From Neophaeotheca triangularis (Eukaryota), in the NCBI GenBank assembly GCA_054600435.1, contig BAAIJX010000001.1, positions 620,001 to 684,000 on the forward strand: DNA of 64,000 nt, in the 5' to 3' direction. Of this stretch, positions 43,001 to 54,583 are shown piece after piece. The notes under the pieces were generated by a model, which did no database searches, was not told the origin of the DNA, and saw only the letters and a list, made by a program, of their open reading frames with translations. Position 1 is the stretch's first letter. The number at the start of each line of letters is the position of its first letter. A program made the position numbers and the translations under genes.

Positions 43001-46000
43001 GAACTCAGGGTTGAGGACTGTTGAACGCCGTAGAAAGAGTCTGGTTCGTCAACTTGCTTGAAGATGGACAGCAGGAGACTGTCTGGCACTGGCTCAGGTG
43101 GCAGCTGGGATAAAGATGCCCTGCTCGACACTCGTCTGTTTCCTTTGGAAGGTGTTGGTGTTGCTGTCTCGGCGAGCAATAGCGCGCTAGTTGGCAAGCC
43201 ACACCGTGAAGCGCAGTCGGCGGCGCTTATATAGTCAATTTCTAGCCAGCGAACCCGGTCTACCTTGGTTCGTTCACCTGGGTAGGTCATGGTTCGAAGG
43301 TACAATACAACCTCCAATAAGAACTTCTGCCGGCTTCTGAGATCCTCGATTTTGCTGGCGAAGAAATGTTGCATTGCTGCTGAGAGTTCCGACCGTACGA
43401 CAGCATCACGGTCCATCTCAGAGCTCAATAGAATATGCAAGATGCTGGGAAGCATCTGGAAAGCCATTGATCCGTCCGCTATAAATATTGTTGGCAGTGG
43501 GGCTAAGATGGGGACGTCGGCCGCCCAGCAACAAAGAGTCGTGGCGAGCTCGATGCACCATTCTTCAAACGAGCTGGTAGTTTTCGAGAGTGCGGACCTT
43601 ATTCCAGTCCTGTCTACTGAGGCGGTTGTTTTCCCCTCTACACCAGGTGGTTCGTAGCCATAGGTCCCGTGAGCAATAGCAGCTGGTATTGCGGTGGCCA
43701 GCATGTTCTCAAATGCAACCACGCCTTCAACATCGTTGACTTGCCTAAAGCCGTTTACGATACGTCGAAGCACGTAGTCTGCGAGAGCTGCCCGTGATCT
43801 GCTTCTCGAAAGTAGGGCTCTGGAGAGTTCTTGCGCAATTGTCGTTTGCGACTTGAAGACATCGGGGAGTTTGTCATCAGAAGCCGTTGCAGATGATTTG
43901 ACTCCTTTCGATACACCCGGTCGGATGCCAGTGGAAGCATACGCACGGCCGACCGCACCAGCCACCCACAAATAGAACGAACGGTCAAGGCCGGGCATTT
44001 TGAGTGCAGGTAACAGCGCCGTCGCATATCTTGCCGAGCTCTCGTCACTTCCTAGCTGGTCCTCGTGGTTTGCCATTGGACGGCGAAACTCCCTGGTCAG
44101 CATCTTGATTGCTTCTGTACAGTCCGATTGACTTAGTAGCGGCTCATCATGCTGCCTTTCATGCAGCAACTGTAACAACAGGATGCTCTCAGGGCTGTCC
44201 ACCAACCCATTGCCCGGTAGGCGCGTGCCACTCAAGGAGGAGGCCATTGTATCATATCGCGCTTTGTTGCTTGTCACGACCGAACGCCTAAAGTCTTTCA
44301 GGTACTTGACGAGCCAGGCTTCAAACTCCTGCATCTTCTTTACGGTCGCTTGGTGCTGGGATTCTTGGGTTGTACTCGCCTGTTTGCTGATTACGTGGGT
44401 TTTCAACGACAGGAGAATGAGTGTAGCAGTTCCAGTGAGAAATTCAGGCCTTGTTTCGAGGTATGAGCGGCCACGAGTAAGTAGGTACCGCACGATACCG
44501 AGCGTGTCGTCTGCACACTGACTATCGCGGAGGAAAGGATGTAGCGAATGAAGAAGCATCTCTAGTGCGAACCCGTTCGTTGCCACGTCTCCAGCAACAC
44601 AGATAAGCGTTCGCACTTTCCGAATCATTGTACATGTATGCAAGGAGCCCAGTGCCTCTTCGATTCCAGCGAGGAGGATGCGTACAGACAAGTTGAACGC
44701 AGAGGGATCCCATGCAGAGGCGGCGTTTTGCGAAGCACGTCGACAGAGCCTTTCGAGTTGATCAAGAATGTATCTGCTCTTAAAGGACGGTTGCTGGTTG
44801 GTCAAAACGTTCTTATCTGAATGACTGTAGCCTTTGATATCGCGCAGAGCTTGGAGAGCATATGCGTACTCCTGCTTCCTTGCAAGCTGGCGTTCCAAAT
44901 CGCTTTCGTTCTGCTGCATGGACAGGAAGAAGTGAGCGGCCGTGACCGGAAACCTCTGAACGGCCAACTCCTTCAGCAGTTCTTTTGATCCTATTATGGT
45001 GCGCAATCGAGCCTCACTGCCGGCATCCGTATTGCCATGCACCAGGTCCCATGACATGCTGTACGCAAGAGCTTTGCCAAAAGAACGTTCTACTATGGAT
45101 CTTATGTCAGTCTTCAGAGCACTGCTAACCGCTTGCATGCCGTCGTCAAAGCCTCTCATTAGCAGCTGAGAGATGACTTCGCTCTCATTGTTGCGTAGCA
45201 GCTCTTCTAATGAGGAATAGTGGAATGCCTCGAAAGGCAGGCTCGTCACCGTGTTTTCCTCGAGCCATGTATGCAATAGCTGAGGGGCGAAAAGCGTAAA
45301 GATCTTTCGTGGCGAATCAAAGGCAAGGGCACTTGCAACGTCCTTGACGCAGTGAGCGGCGTACAAGGTCGAGCCTTTGACCCGGCCAGCTGTTTCGAAG
45401 ATGTAGTAGATGCATCGCCGCAACAGAGAGTGCCATGCTGATGCCAACTTCGCCAGGAACAACAGCCGGACCGCGATGCCCTCTTTCCAGTCAACTGCAG
45501 CAGGCAAACTCTCCTGCAGGTCGTCAAACATTGCTTCATGCGCAGACAGCGTGAATCGGGCGAAGATTGTGGAAATTTTATCGGCGAGATGATATTGTAC
45601 GTTGATGCTCCCCTGTTTCAAAAGCTTGAAGAGGCTGGTCCGTACTGATGGTACGTCTTCGTCACTGCCGTAGTCCGTATCGACGTCGCATAGCTGCAGT
45701 AGCATTGTTGCCACTCTTTGTTGCACGCTGGAAGATAGAACGCCGGCGGAGAGCGCTGTAGTTGTAAACCAGGCGTACATGTCGACGCCCAACCCGAACA
45801 ACGCCTTGTTTTCGGGGTTCGCCCATACCGTCGTCATACTCGACATGACGTCCAGGATCGTGCCAAGAGCAACCTCGGAACGTTCAAAGGCATATACTGA
45901 GAGAACGTTCTCGGTGAGTGACTCGAGTAGACGTTCCGTGTCAGAGAGACCCAGGTGGAGACCAAGGTTAGGGAGATTGGCCACGACTTCGCGTCCTTCG

Positions 46001-48822
46001 ATGAGTGTGGTCTCTGGGAGTGAAAGGAGGAAATCGACAAACTCAACCGAAATGTCGTCCGCATGATGCTCATCGTTCGCGGAAGACGTAAACATGTGAA
46101 TCGCAGTAGCGTATATTTGCGTTGCGGCCCTGAGTGCTGCAGGGCTATTCAGGACGGCCAGATCGTTTGTCAAGATACTTTTCAATTGCTTGGAGTCGCC
46201 TCGTTTGCTGTCTTGTGAGTCGTTAGGCTGGTCCAAGTCCATCATGTCGTCGTCGTCCCCGGCATCATGGGCAAGGGAATCTTGTTGAGCCAGGAAGATC
46301 TTGTACACAGCGGTACAAAGCTTTTGCTCGAGTTCGGGATGGTTGCGGTTGCTCCCCACGTAAGTATCGGACAGACCGGTGAACGCCCGGCAGAAGGTGT
46401 GAAGAAGGACATCGGTCTTGTCTTGAGTACACGAAGAGCTAGACGTGAATGTGATGGTAGTCTCCAAGAGGCGGTCGACATGTTGCATCAGCTCTGCCTT
46501 GCGCCTTCGATCGCGGAATTCGCTACCAGTGGCAAGTCCTATGGCAACGAACACACTAGAGCAGATAGACGTGAACATATCTAGACTAATGTTGCGAGAA
46601 CGTTCCTTTGTCCAACGTGACCACGTCTCGTTGATTCGACGGAGCTCCGAACAAAATGTGTTCAAGAGGAGCGCTTCGCAGGAAGGATCTGGTGGATTGG
46701 TGGTCGAAACAGGGTGTTTGTATTTTTGCCACCGGGTATAATCGTGCAAGTAAGGGCCTGGTTCAGGTAATAATAGCAAGTATGAGGTGAGTGGCTGGAC
46801 TGTGGCGACATGGAGCCAGCTCTGAGCGATGATATCCCATTGCTGGAATCTGGAGGGCTCAGCGAAACTGGGCTTTTCTTGGTTCAAACAAGCGCCAATA
46901 GCCCACAGTAGGTCTTCCGCTTCACATTGATTTGAAATCGACGTGTACTGACGGTCCTCGTAGCGGGACGGTGTGAATCTACGCAGAATCCAGCCAAGTG
47001 TGGCTTCCGCCGTGGGCACGGCTAGAGCTGCGTTCGTTTCCCGAATTGCTTTCAATGTGGTGTTCATCAGCCGAAGTGCGCAGTCGGAGAGGGCAACTGG
47101 ACCGTTTAGATCAACGGAAATTGTGATGCGCTGCATAAGCTCGTTTATGGTTGCTTGGTCGACGAGTTGTAACCTCATCAGCACCAATAGCAAGAAGCAG
47201 GCACTTCGGCAAGTTGAAGCGATGCTTATCGCTCTTGTTGCGACTTGCCATATGCTTTTCCAGCGTTCAGAGAGGCTCGGGTGGGCAGAATTGACTTGGC
47301 TCGCACAGCCTGCGATGGCCACAAAAGCCCAGCTAACGACCTCGCTGTCCTCCGCCGCACCACTGATGGCGAGCTTATCAAAGGTTCTAGTCAATCGCTT
47401 CGGTGAAAAGGCCTGTTGTAGAATTTGGAACGCCAGAATCTGCAAGTGACAAGCGCGTGCTGAAGCTAACCCTGCAAGGGTGCCGTCGAGCATTTCGTCG
47501 AAACTGCTGGTTAGGCGTTGGCGTTTACGGGGTCGTCGCTCGGCGTCTTCATCATCGTGGTCAGAGGCGTCTTCTCGGGTCTCTGCCCCGTACACGTGTT
47601 CGTAGAACGAAGCCATGACGGAAACAAGAGCCCACTGGTGCTCCACTCGCGCACCATGGCATTTGAGTACGAACAACGGCGTGTGAATATCTGATCGAGC
47701 GCGCCGTCTGTCAGATATTGATTCGAGGCGTATGTTGTCGAGTGATAATTGGTCACGATCCAAGCGCTTCGAGTACTCCAAGCTCAAGACCTGAAGCAGT
47801 CCGCTAAGTTCTATGCGAAGAGGGGTTGGCGTACTCTGTCGCAACAAGTTCTCGACAGTAGGGCGTAAAAGAATCATGGAAATGAGCAGTTCGTCCTTGA
47901 GGCTACTTGACTTGGTAGACCAGAAGTGGCGGATCAGACGAAGAAGCTCAACAGCGCTTCCCTGCACCAGATCAATGGCCTCCGTAATTGCCCATTTCAC
48001 AATGTTATTTACGGTCGCGAAGGCATCTTGGTGAGCTTTGGTGGCTAGTGTCGATTGCCGAAGGTACTGAATCAGACCTTCTATCAACGACGAAGCTTTC
48101 GCGGTGACATTTGCGTTTGGCGCGGCGGTGAGAAGTCGGAGTGTACCCACAAGTTCATCTGAAACTTGTTTGTTCACCGAACGTACGCCTTGAGAAGCAG
48201 CTGGTTCTTTGGCACCCGATCTCGAAGAACGATAACTTTGACCATTTGCACCACTAGTGCCATTTGTCGAGGGAACATGCAATCCGCTACGATTGTCGCT
48301 ATCCTCGGGATCGACGTCAGTCTCAACAAGGCTGTCCAAGCAAAAGGTAGCAGCTCGTTCCCATTCTTTCCCCGGTAAGTGCTCAACGTGCGGCTGATAA
48401 CTCAAGAGGCTCTTCAAACATTTCGCGTAATCAAGAGCAATTGGTTCGCAATAACCGCCCGAAGGGATCGAAATCGTCTGCATCAGATGGTCCAGAAGCG
48501 CCCTGATGGACTTGAGCTTCAAGCTCTTCACACCTACTTCGACAGCAAGCCGCAAAGCACCTGCGCATGCTGATAGTCGACCCTCGGCAGCGGAGCGCGT
48601 CGTTGGTGTCTTTGACTTGATGTACGTCGACTGCTCGTTTACAGCGACCTTGAAAAGCACTTCAAGAATGCGATGGAAAGAAGCGTCTCCTAGAGTTTCG
48701 ACTTTCGGATTGCTCTGGTTGTGCCGCAAGATATGCTTCAAGTCTGATAGGCCCTCGTTTCGCTGTCGGATAGCGTTGGACTCGATGTGTTCCAGCGCAT
48801 CTCGCAAAGTCACTTGCGCCAT
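40012..48822 (-). CDS. TEL1: serine/threonine kinase Tel1/ATM (PIKK)
   Basis: N-terminal TAN-like region, FAT repeats, kinase DDLRQDAIMEQVF, GLGDRHCHNILLD, HIDLG, VPFRLTRD, FATC end NLATLFAGWSAYY; single uninterrupted ORF, ATG at 48822. Confidence 0.96.
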   Translation of the reverse strand: MAQVTLRDALEHIESNAIRQRNEGLSDLKHILRHNQSNPKVETLGDASFHRILEVLFKVAVNEQSTYIKSKTPTTRSAAEGRLSACAGALRLAVEVGVKSLKLKSIRALLDHLMQTISIPSGGYCEPIALDYAKCLKSLLSYQPHVEHLPGKEWERAATFCLDSLVETDVDPEDSDNRSGLHVPSTNGTSGANGQSYRSSRSGAKEPAASQGVRSVNKQVSDELVGTLRLLTAAPNANVTAKASSLIEGLIQYLRQSTLATKAHQDAFATVNNIVKWAITEAIDLVQGSAVELLRLIRHFWSTKSSSLKDELLISMILLRPTVENLLRQSTPTPLRIELSGLLQVLSLEYSKRLDRDQLSLDNIRLESISDRRRARSDIHTPLFVLKCHGARVEHQWALVSVMASFYEHVYGAETREDASDHDDEDAERRPRKRQRLTSSFDEMLDGTLAGLASARACHLQILAFQILQQAFSPKRLTRTFDKLAISGAAEDSEVVSWAFVAIAGCASQVNSAHPSLSERWKSIWQVATRAISIASTCRSACFLLLVLMRLQLVDQATINELMQRITISVDLNGPVALSDCALRLMNTTLKAIRETNAALAVPTAEATLGWILRRFTPSRYEDRQYTSISNQCEAEDLLWAIGACLNQEKPSFAEPSRFQQWDIIAQSWLHVATVQPLTSYLLLLPEPGPYLHDYTRWQKYKHPVSTTNPPDPSCEALLLNTFCSELRRINETWSRWTKERSRNISLDMFTSICSSVFVAIGLATGSEFRDRRRKAELMQHVDRLLETTITFTSSSSCTQDKTDVLLHTFCRAFTGLSDTYVGSNRNHPELEQKLCTAVYKIFLAQQDSLAHDAGDDDDMMDLDQPNDSQDSKRGDSKQLKSILTNDLAVLNSPAALRAATQIYATAIHMFTSSANDEHHADDISVEFVDFLLSLPETTLIEGREVVANLPNLGLHLGLSDTERLLESLTENVLSVYAFERSEVALGTILDVMSSMTTVWANPENKALFGLGVDMYAWFTTTALSAGVLSSSVQQRVATMLLQLCDVDTDYGSDEDVPSVRTSLFKLLKQGSINVQYHLADKISTIFARFTLSAHEAMFDDLQESLPAAVDWKEGIAVRLLFLAKLASAWHSLLRRCIYYIFETAGRVKGSTLYAAHCVKDVASALAFDSPRKIFTLFAPQLLHTWLEENTVTSLPFEAFHYSSLEELLRNNESEVISQLLMRGFDDGMQAVSSALKTDIRSIVERSFGKALAYSMSWDLVHGNTDAGSEARLRTIIGSKELLKELAVQRFPVTAAHFFLSMQQNESDLERQLARKQEYAYALQALRDIKGYSHSDKNVLTNQQPSFKSRYILDQLERLCRRASQNAASAWDPSAFNLSVRILLAGIEEALGSLHTCTMIRKVRTLICVAGDVATNGFALEMLLHSLHPFLRDSQCADDTLGIVRYLLTRGRSYLETRPEFLTGTATLILLSLKTHVISKQASTTQESQHQATVKKMQEFEAWLVKYLKDFRRSVVTSNKARYDTMASSLSGTRLPGNGLVDSPESILLLQLLHERQHDEPLLSQSDCTEAIKMLTREFRRPMANHEDQLGSDESSARYATALLPALKMPGLDRSFYLWVAGAVGRAYASTGIRPGVSKGVKSSATASDDKLPDVFKSQTTIAQELSRALLSRSRSRAALADYVLRRIVNGFRQVNDVEGVVAFENMLATAIPAAIAHGTYGYEPPGVEGKTTASVDRTGIRSALSKTTSSFEEWCIELATTLCCWAADVPILAPLPTIFIADGSMAFQMLPSILHILLSSEMDRDAVVRSELSAAMQHFFASKIEDLRSRQKFLLEVVLYLRTMTYPGERTKVDRVRWLEIDYISAADCASRCGLPTSALLLAETATPTPSKGNRRVSSRASLSQLPPEPVPDSLLLSIFKQVDEPDSFYGVQQSSTLSSVLERLDYEGDGLKSLMFRSAQMDSRMQSTHSSSTVDGAGMTHSLATLGLSSVTFAILSGKLGQPASSGQMLSAAKKLQQWDVTVVDTEAEDTMIASFRALQEISRASQLSPLQATVENDLIQPLLGQMTDQQGRTLSSAFFSTLASLTEMTEVLRLPGEDQSRSLWAKMALRQSWMQLSKFEDFEELATNRPALFGALGQNRSILDALHLSPKTCRVLQVKALLSVSELARKSGRLQDALSAATHVSDLALDCNQMGMQVEAAAKSEVAKVLWGHGEAAASVSLLREVLAMKDIEKQTVPVGRSGIMAQVGHQLANARLEKPEIIMNDILKRAIEHLGNRREGQEAGEVFFEFANFCDQQLQNPGNLEDFRRIARLREQKKAELMDIEELEKGAKRSHEKQTLQREASKTRQWFNLDDAEYQRLLKSRKAFAQQSLQNYLHALQASDDHNICALRFFALWLENADMSEANGIVSKYLPFVASWKFVLLMNQLISRLKDEPSTFQSALRGLLSRIMAEHPYHSLHHLFAATRRPPAKEETATSRANAAATIRTELFNIQSKQQLMQNWFAADNMYHKLAKYELDDKRKGNKVQLATVPPALEISKKVPQMQLPPPTVPMALRPNGDYSDTPLFTRVSSNVLVMNGLSTPMVLTITSSDGKQQRALFKSGNDDLRQDAIMEQVFEEVSKMLQDHKATQQRNLHIRTYKVIPLSTQSGIIEFVANSMPINDYLAPAHKKYYPTDVKNDEARNSIRKVEKDSIETRIKTFRKITDNLHPVMRHFFLERFDDPDEWFQKRTAYTRTTAAISILGYVLGLGDRHCHNILLDEEKGDVIHIDLGVAFEAGRVLPIPENVPFRLTRDIVDGMGVTQTEGVFRRCCEFTMDALRQDKDSIMTLLNVLRYDPLYEWSMSPLRAKRMQDAAEDTNAAGGVPRPGEAVKAGSWGTEQEAGEAERALSVVEKKLSKTLSTSATVNELIQQATDEKNLATLFAGWSAYY

Positions 48823-49259
48823 GGTGAAGTCGATTCTCAGAAACGACAAAGCATGCTGGCCTGAGGTGTTTTCTTCGTCCAATATGGAACACAACGCCTG
48901 CAAAGTGCACACGCGGTGCGAAGCGTCATGAGAGTCTTAAGTCAGAGCGCCTCTTGGTATGCACTTCTCATTGCAGAACGAATGAATGGTGTTGAGCCTG
49001 AGGCTCAAAGCATAGGAGATGTCGGGTCAGAGGTGTATTTAAGCTTCGATACAGAAGGCCCGAGCTTTCTCTCACGGAAGCGCGTTATTACGGCGCGTGT
49101 TTCTTTGCCCGAGCTGTCTCGAATCTTTCACAACTTCACTTGCGACTGACCGCCTAGTGTTCTCTTTGAGTGAGTGACACAAGTTATCGCCACGCCCGCC
49201 AAACCGAGCTTCATTCTCCCTGCTGAGTACATTAGCTTGCAACCGGAAAAACCGCCGCC

Positions 49260-52200
49260 ATGGAGCAAGAGGAGCCTCTGCAGCGGCTGCAGAACCTACA
49301 GCGGGACTTGGTCGCATTCACCGAAACACAGGTGGTGAATGTTGGCAGGCTATCGGCTGAGTTGGAGGCTAGTATTGAGGACCTGCGGAGGCTGCTGGAT
49401 CACAAGTCAAAGGATAGCGCGAGCAGGCAGGCATTGGATACTGGGAAAGTGACAGTCGACGAAGTGGAATACGCCATTACGGAAGAGTTCAAGCAATGCG
49501 TTTTTACCGTCGCTGATGAGCTGGACCTCGATGAAATGCAGGCGGCGAAGCTCTGCATTGAATGCCAAAATGATCCTATGGGCGGGGCCGGAGCTCTGCC
49601 TTTGCGGGCCCTGCTGCGCTTCCATGAGCATCGCCGTGTGCTACTCGAATGCTTGAGGCTGCTCATGAAGTGTAACGATGAGAGTGACGACATGGAGGAT
49701 GAACAGATGGCGGAGATGTGTCAGAAGGCGGCCAATCTGGTCACGAAAGGCCCATCGGGAACGACCACCGACACCTCTGCCTTCTTCCGCAAATGTATGG
49801 ACGCATTGAAGACGACTGAGAACGATCTGCGCAAGATACAGGACCATACTCAGACTATCATCATGACAGGCCAGATCCTCCAAGGCGATATGGCAGAGGC
49901 TCTCCAGATCCAGCGCCTCTTCCTATCCCAGCAACACGAGAATCTGGCTGCCACGATCACCCATCTTATACACGCGAACCGTGTGCTTCCGGAAGATTTC
50001 ATTTCGCTCTTACAACACCTGGCAGGTCTCGAAACATTTAACCACGTCATGCTCCACTACACTCCCGTCCTCATAAGCGGATCGGCGCAGTTTGGGTCCA
50101 ACAACGCAACACCATTTGAGGAGGCACGGAAAATACATCATTACTTCGCGGAAGGGACAAGTAAGCTGCAATGGAAAAACAAGCACTTTCAGGCACTGTC
50201 GACGGTCTGGTGGCTTGCAGAGTATGGAGCTCGCTTCGCGGATACGTCCAACGAGCCGACGCTGCGCAACACAAACCGTGAGGCTGAAGCAGAAGCTCGG
50301 CAAAAGCTCTTTTTCGAGTGCCTCAAGGACAGAGCTCTGCACATGATGCTGGCCATGTGCCAAAACGCCAGGCCTGAGATTTGGTTTGACCCTGCCAAAG
50401 TTGGCTTGATCCGCTTTCTTCTTGGTGAGGGTCCGAACATTGATGAGGCATCCGTACCACTTTCGAGTCACATCGCGGAACTTGCCATGAAAGAGCTCCA
50501 GTTCTTTGCTGATGGTTTCGTATCTCACATGCCTGACGTCTTGCGGCGTTTACGATCACACGAAGATGATATGCTACGGAACGACGTTCACGATTCCTCC
50601 AAGACAGAAAGGTCACTTACCATGAACCTCGAGCGCTTCATACTGGTCGTTGCGTACGCTTATCGCGACAGCCCGACGTCGGCAGTAGACGATTTTTGGA
50701 CACAAAAGGAGGGCAACTTGTACGGCTTTCTCCGCTGGACCTCCCAAAGGCTCCCAACCATTCGCGTCGCCGCCTTCTGTGACCTCTTGCGATCCCTTGC
50801 AAATGACGAAGAGTCTGCCAACCACGCACATCGTTTCCTGCTTGAAGAACAAAGCCTTGTTGCCGGCAAGCTGCGGAAGGCACACTCCGTAAGTTGGAAC
50901 CAGATCTTCACAGAACTGGACATCTACGCGGCCAGTATCAAGGATCGCGTGTCAATGCCACAGCCGACTTCGGCACAGAACGGCGATTCGACCGAGCTGT
51001 CTCTGCAAGAACCAGACACTGATATCATGCTGGAGGCGTATCTGCGGCTGACGGCACATGTCTGCCGAGCGAGCCCTGACGCCCGCAACTGGGTTCTGAG
51101 GGAACAGCCATATCGCCTTCATGAAACACTGCTGCAGCTCGTGCAGAGCTTCACTGATCCACGTATTCGGGCCTGTTGCTTCGACACCCTTGCTGCCTTG
51201 ATGACCGGCAAAACACCTGAAGTCAACACTGGCATGTGGATCCTATTGGAGAGCTGGGTTAGTGGCGGTATCGAGGCCGGTAACAACGCGCCAAAAGCCT
51301 ACACAAGGACCGGTTTTACCGAGAAGGGTTATCTCCAGCGCATTGCGCGCAACCCGGAAGAGGCCACTGCGTTCGTCGGCTTGCTCATCGCTTTGATCGA
51401 ACCTGGCACAGGCCAAGATGACACCATATCCGACGCACTCCCCTTTCCCGAGCACCTCAGTGCTGCCTCGCACCGGAACGCTGGCATAGAACCCTACATT
51501 GACTTCGTCCTTGGAAGCGTATTCCGCTCAACAACGACAACGGCTGCCCTTGGCGTTGAAGACGAGAAGCAAGCCAATGTGCTGCGATTCGTCTGTCTCC
51601 GACTCATCAATACCTGTCTTTCAACTTTCAATGAGGATCTAGTTATCCTGGCTAACGGCTCGAACGTTTCCGTCGACAACGCTCTCAAAACAGCCTCCTT
51701 GGCCCAATACGTGTGTCTGCATCCATTTGCCCGCGTCATGGAATACATGTTCAATGACCGGGTTGTTGAAGCACTCATGATCACGGCAAATCAGAACGCA
51801 GACACTCTGAAAGAGCTTGATGTGGATTCCCCGCTCGTACAAGCAACGTTGAAGAGCGTCGAAACCATGAGCTTAGTAATGAGCTTACAGACAACGTACT
51901 TGACCGTGGTACGACCCATTGTGAAAACCCAATCGACCAGCCGCAACGGGCCAGTTGCGAACCCTGCTCTGGCATCTTTCGAGGATGTCATTCTATCCAA
52001 CTTGAATGTGATTGTCGAATGCGCTTGTTTCGCCGCTGGGACACATCTCAACCTCTGCCTCGCCTCTTTGGATCTTTTGAAGAAGCTCGCCGCCTCTAGA
52101 AGGCTCTCCAGCAACCAGGTGCGAGCAGGCAACCGACTAGTCGGGCGACTGACCGAAGTGAGCGAAGTTGCGTCGCCTCAGTTGCAGGATGCATTCGTGA

Positions 52201-54320
52201 TCACCGACTCCGATCTCGAAATTGAGGGCATACCTCCGGGTATCATCAAAGCCAGAGCAATCCTTGATCTTCTCAACAACAGCTTGGATCTTTCACCGAA
52301 CTCTCCAGGAATTGCGCACTGTTTATTGGGCTTCGGCTGCCAAGAGCGAAGTGTCAGCATTGCGCCGGAGAGCCACTTTGACAAAAGCAAGTCTCTCTTC
52401 CATCGAATCGCGGAATGCGCAGCAACTTTTATATCTGGGCTGGATAACAACATGACTTCCTGGCTCCTGGCAGTCAAGCGAGGTTGTCTTGACGTCGTCC
52501 TCAAATTGGCCTCGTCTCCAATGACAGCAAAAATCGTCAAACAGGAGCTTAGGAGCATGGACTTTCTCTCGGCTTCTTCCCTACACCAGCAGACTCTTTT
52601 GGCAGGCACCTTGTGGGACGGTCTTGACTACGTCGCTCCGGAAGTGTTAGTGAGGGACTCTGCGTCTGCGATTAGAGATTTCTTGCATACCCGCGAGCTC
52701 TTCTTTGAGTACGCCGCCATTGATCTGCGGGGCGCCGCGCAGGCCGGGGCTTTGTCGATACAAGAGCGCATCATGGCCTGCTTGCTCGGCGAGGTCCAAG
52801 GTCCAACCGGCGAAGCGGACCCTGCACCTAGCGTATACGATCTCTTCGACTTCTTCAGGAACCAGACTGCTGTGCCCCTTGAAGCCGAACGCACAATCTT
52901 GGCGGATGTTGACCTGTCGGGATGCGTAGAGAATTCGGAAACCGGCTTCAAGTACAGCCTCAAAATGGCTGAAGAGCTGCTCATACTTCGGAAGCGTGAA
53001 CTCTACAGAGCTGGCAATATAAGCGATGCGAGTGTGGAGCAGAGGGTGGATGATGAGATCCAAGCCACTCTGTATTGTTTGAAGAGCGGCAATGCGTGGA
53101 AAGAGATACAAAAGGCTCGTCTGGACGCTCTAGAGGCGTGGGCAGAGCTCCTGGCGCTCATGGTGACAAGTGGGGGGCTAAGCGTGGACCAACAGTCTGC
53201 TCTTACGTTGCAAACACTTCAGTTGGCCGTGAGCAATCTGGAAAAGTCGCTGTCCGACGATCAGGAAGCCTCAGCCTTGCTAGCCAGATTGACCCTGGCC
53301 CTGGCACAGGGAGCTGGACAGTCTATGGCGTCCTCGTCAGAACACAGTTTGACCGCAGCTACAGATTTACTATCGACAAGCTTCCGAGTCAGCTTGCGAG
53401 CCATCACCGATGGCGAAATGGGTCTTGCCCTTCGAGATGTCAGCTACAGGATCAGCAACGTGGTCATCGACACTTGCCTGTCGCGCAAACCCGGCCAAGC
53501 CTCTTCGCAATCAACGGCAAAGCAACTGTCGCAACAAGTCCAGAGCTTCGGCACACGCCTCATCACCACCATCACCGAGGACGCCTTCTCCGGCCGTGGC
53601 GCCACACGCATATCCGCACTGCTTTTCCTTGACGGCCTGCTTCGCCTTTCGCATCTCACCAAATTCAACCACACTCTTCTCCAAGCCCTTACGAAACTCA
53701 ACTTCGTCCCCGTGCTCATCGACACAACCATCGGCAGCGTCGCGACCTCCTTCCGCGCCCCCGACAACTCCGATCTTAGCAGCACCCTCGCCTACTTCCA
53801 CACGGCGCTCACACTCCTGCTGCGCTTCAGCGAAACCCCCGCAGGCGCCCAGCTCCTCCTCAACGCCGGCCTTTTCCCCGCCGTCGCCGACAGCCGCCTC
53901 TTCAGCACCGACCCCGATGTCGGCCTCGACATTGACAACCCCACAGCCCTGCGCGAGTTCTACAAACTCATGTCCTCAGTGCTCAAAGTCGTCGTCGCCG
54001 TGGTGCTGACTAAAGGCCCCAATAACGCGGCCACCGTGCAACAAGCCAAGCGCTTCCTACAAGAAAACAGATTCAGCATGCAGGCGGTTTTCAAGCGCAC
54101 GAGCGCCGTCAAGAACACCGCCGGCCCGCCCGAGGCCGAGGCCGTAGAAGTTGCGGAGCATTTCGCCCGCCTTTTGATCGCCACGGGGTTCATGGATGTA
54201 AGTGGTCTCCTCCTCGACGTTGCTGTGCCTTGGTTCTGTGTGGCTAATATTCTCGCTCCGTCTTCGTAGGATGAGGAGCCTGCGTATGCTCGTTCGACTA
54301 GATTAAATGGTTTCACTTGA
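49260..54320 (+). CDS. NUP192: nucleoporin Nup192/Nup205; exons 49260-54197, 54270-54320
   Basis: About 1660-aa helical protein with VADELDLDEMQAAKL, WWLAEY, LERF, NLYGFLRW motifs; terminal gtaagt...tag intron. Confidence 0.85.
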
Positions 54321-54583
54321 GTCTATCATTCCCTGCATGGTAATGACTAGGCCAATTGCGATTGGCTGAGGTGAGTGGGAAGGGAAAATTGTGTTACATA
54401 GACATACTTATAATTCGTTCTCTGTTCATTTCACCCTGTTGCAATAACGTATTCGTGCCACTCGTTCTAAAATGCACCTGGGTATCTCTATAGCTCATAG
54501 ATCAAGCATGAAAAGCGTGCCCCTAACTAGCGCCATCTCGCTGAGCGAAAATCTCCAAACGCCAATACCTGCAAATGCTATTT

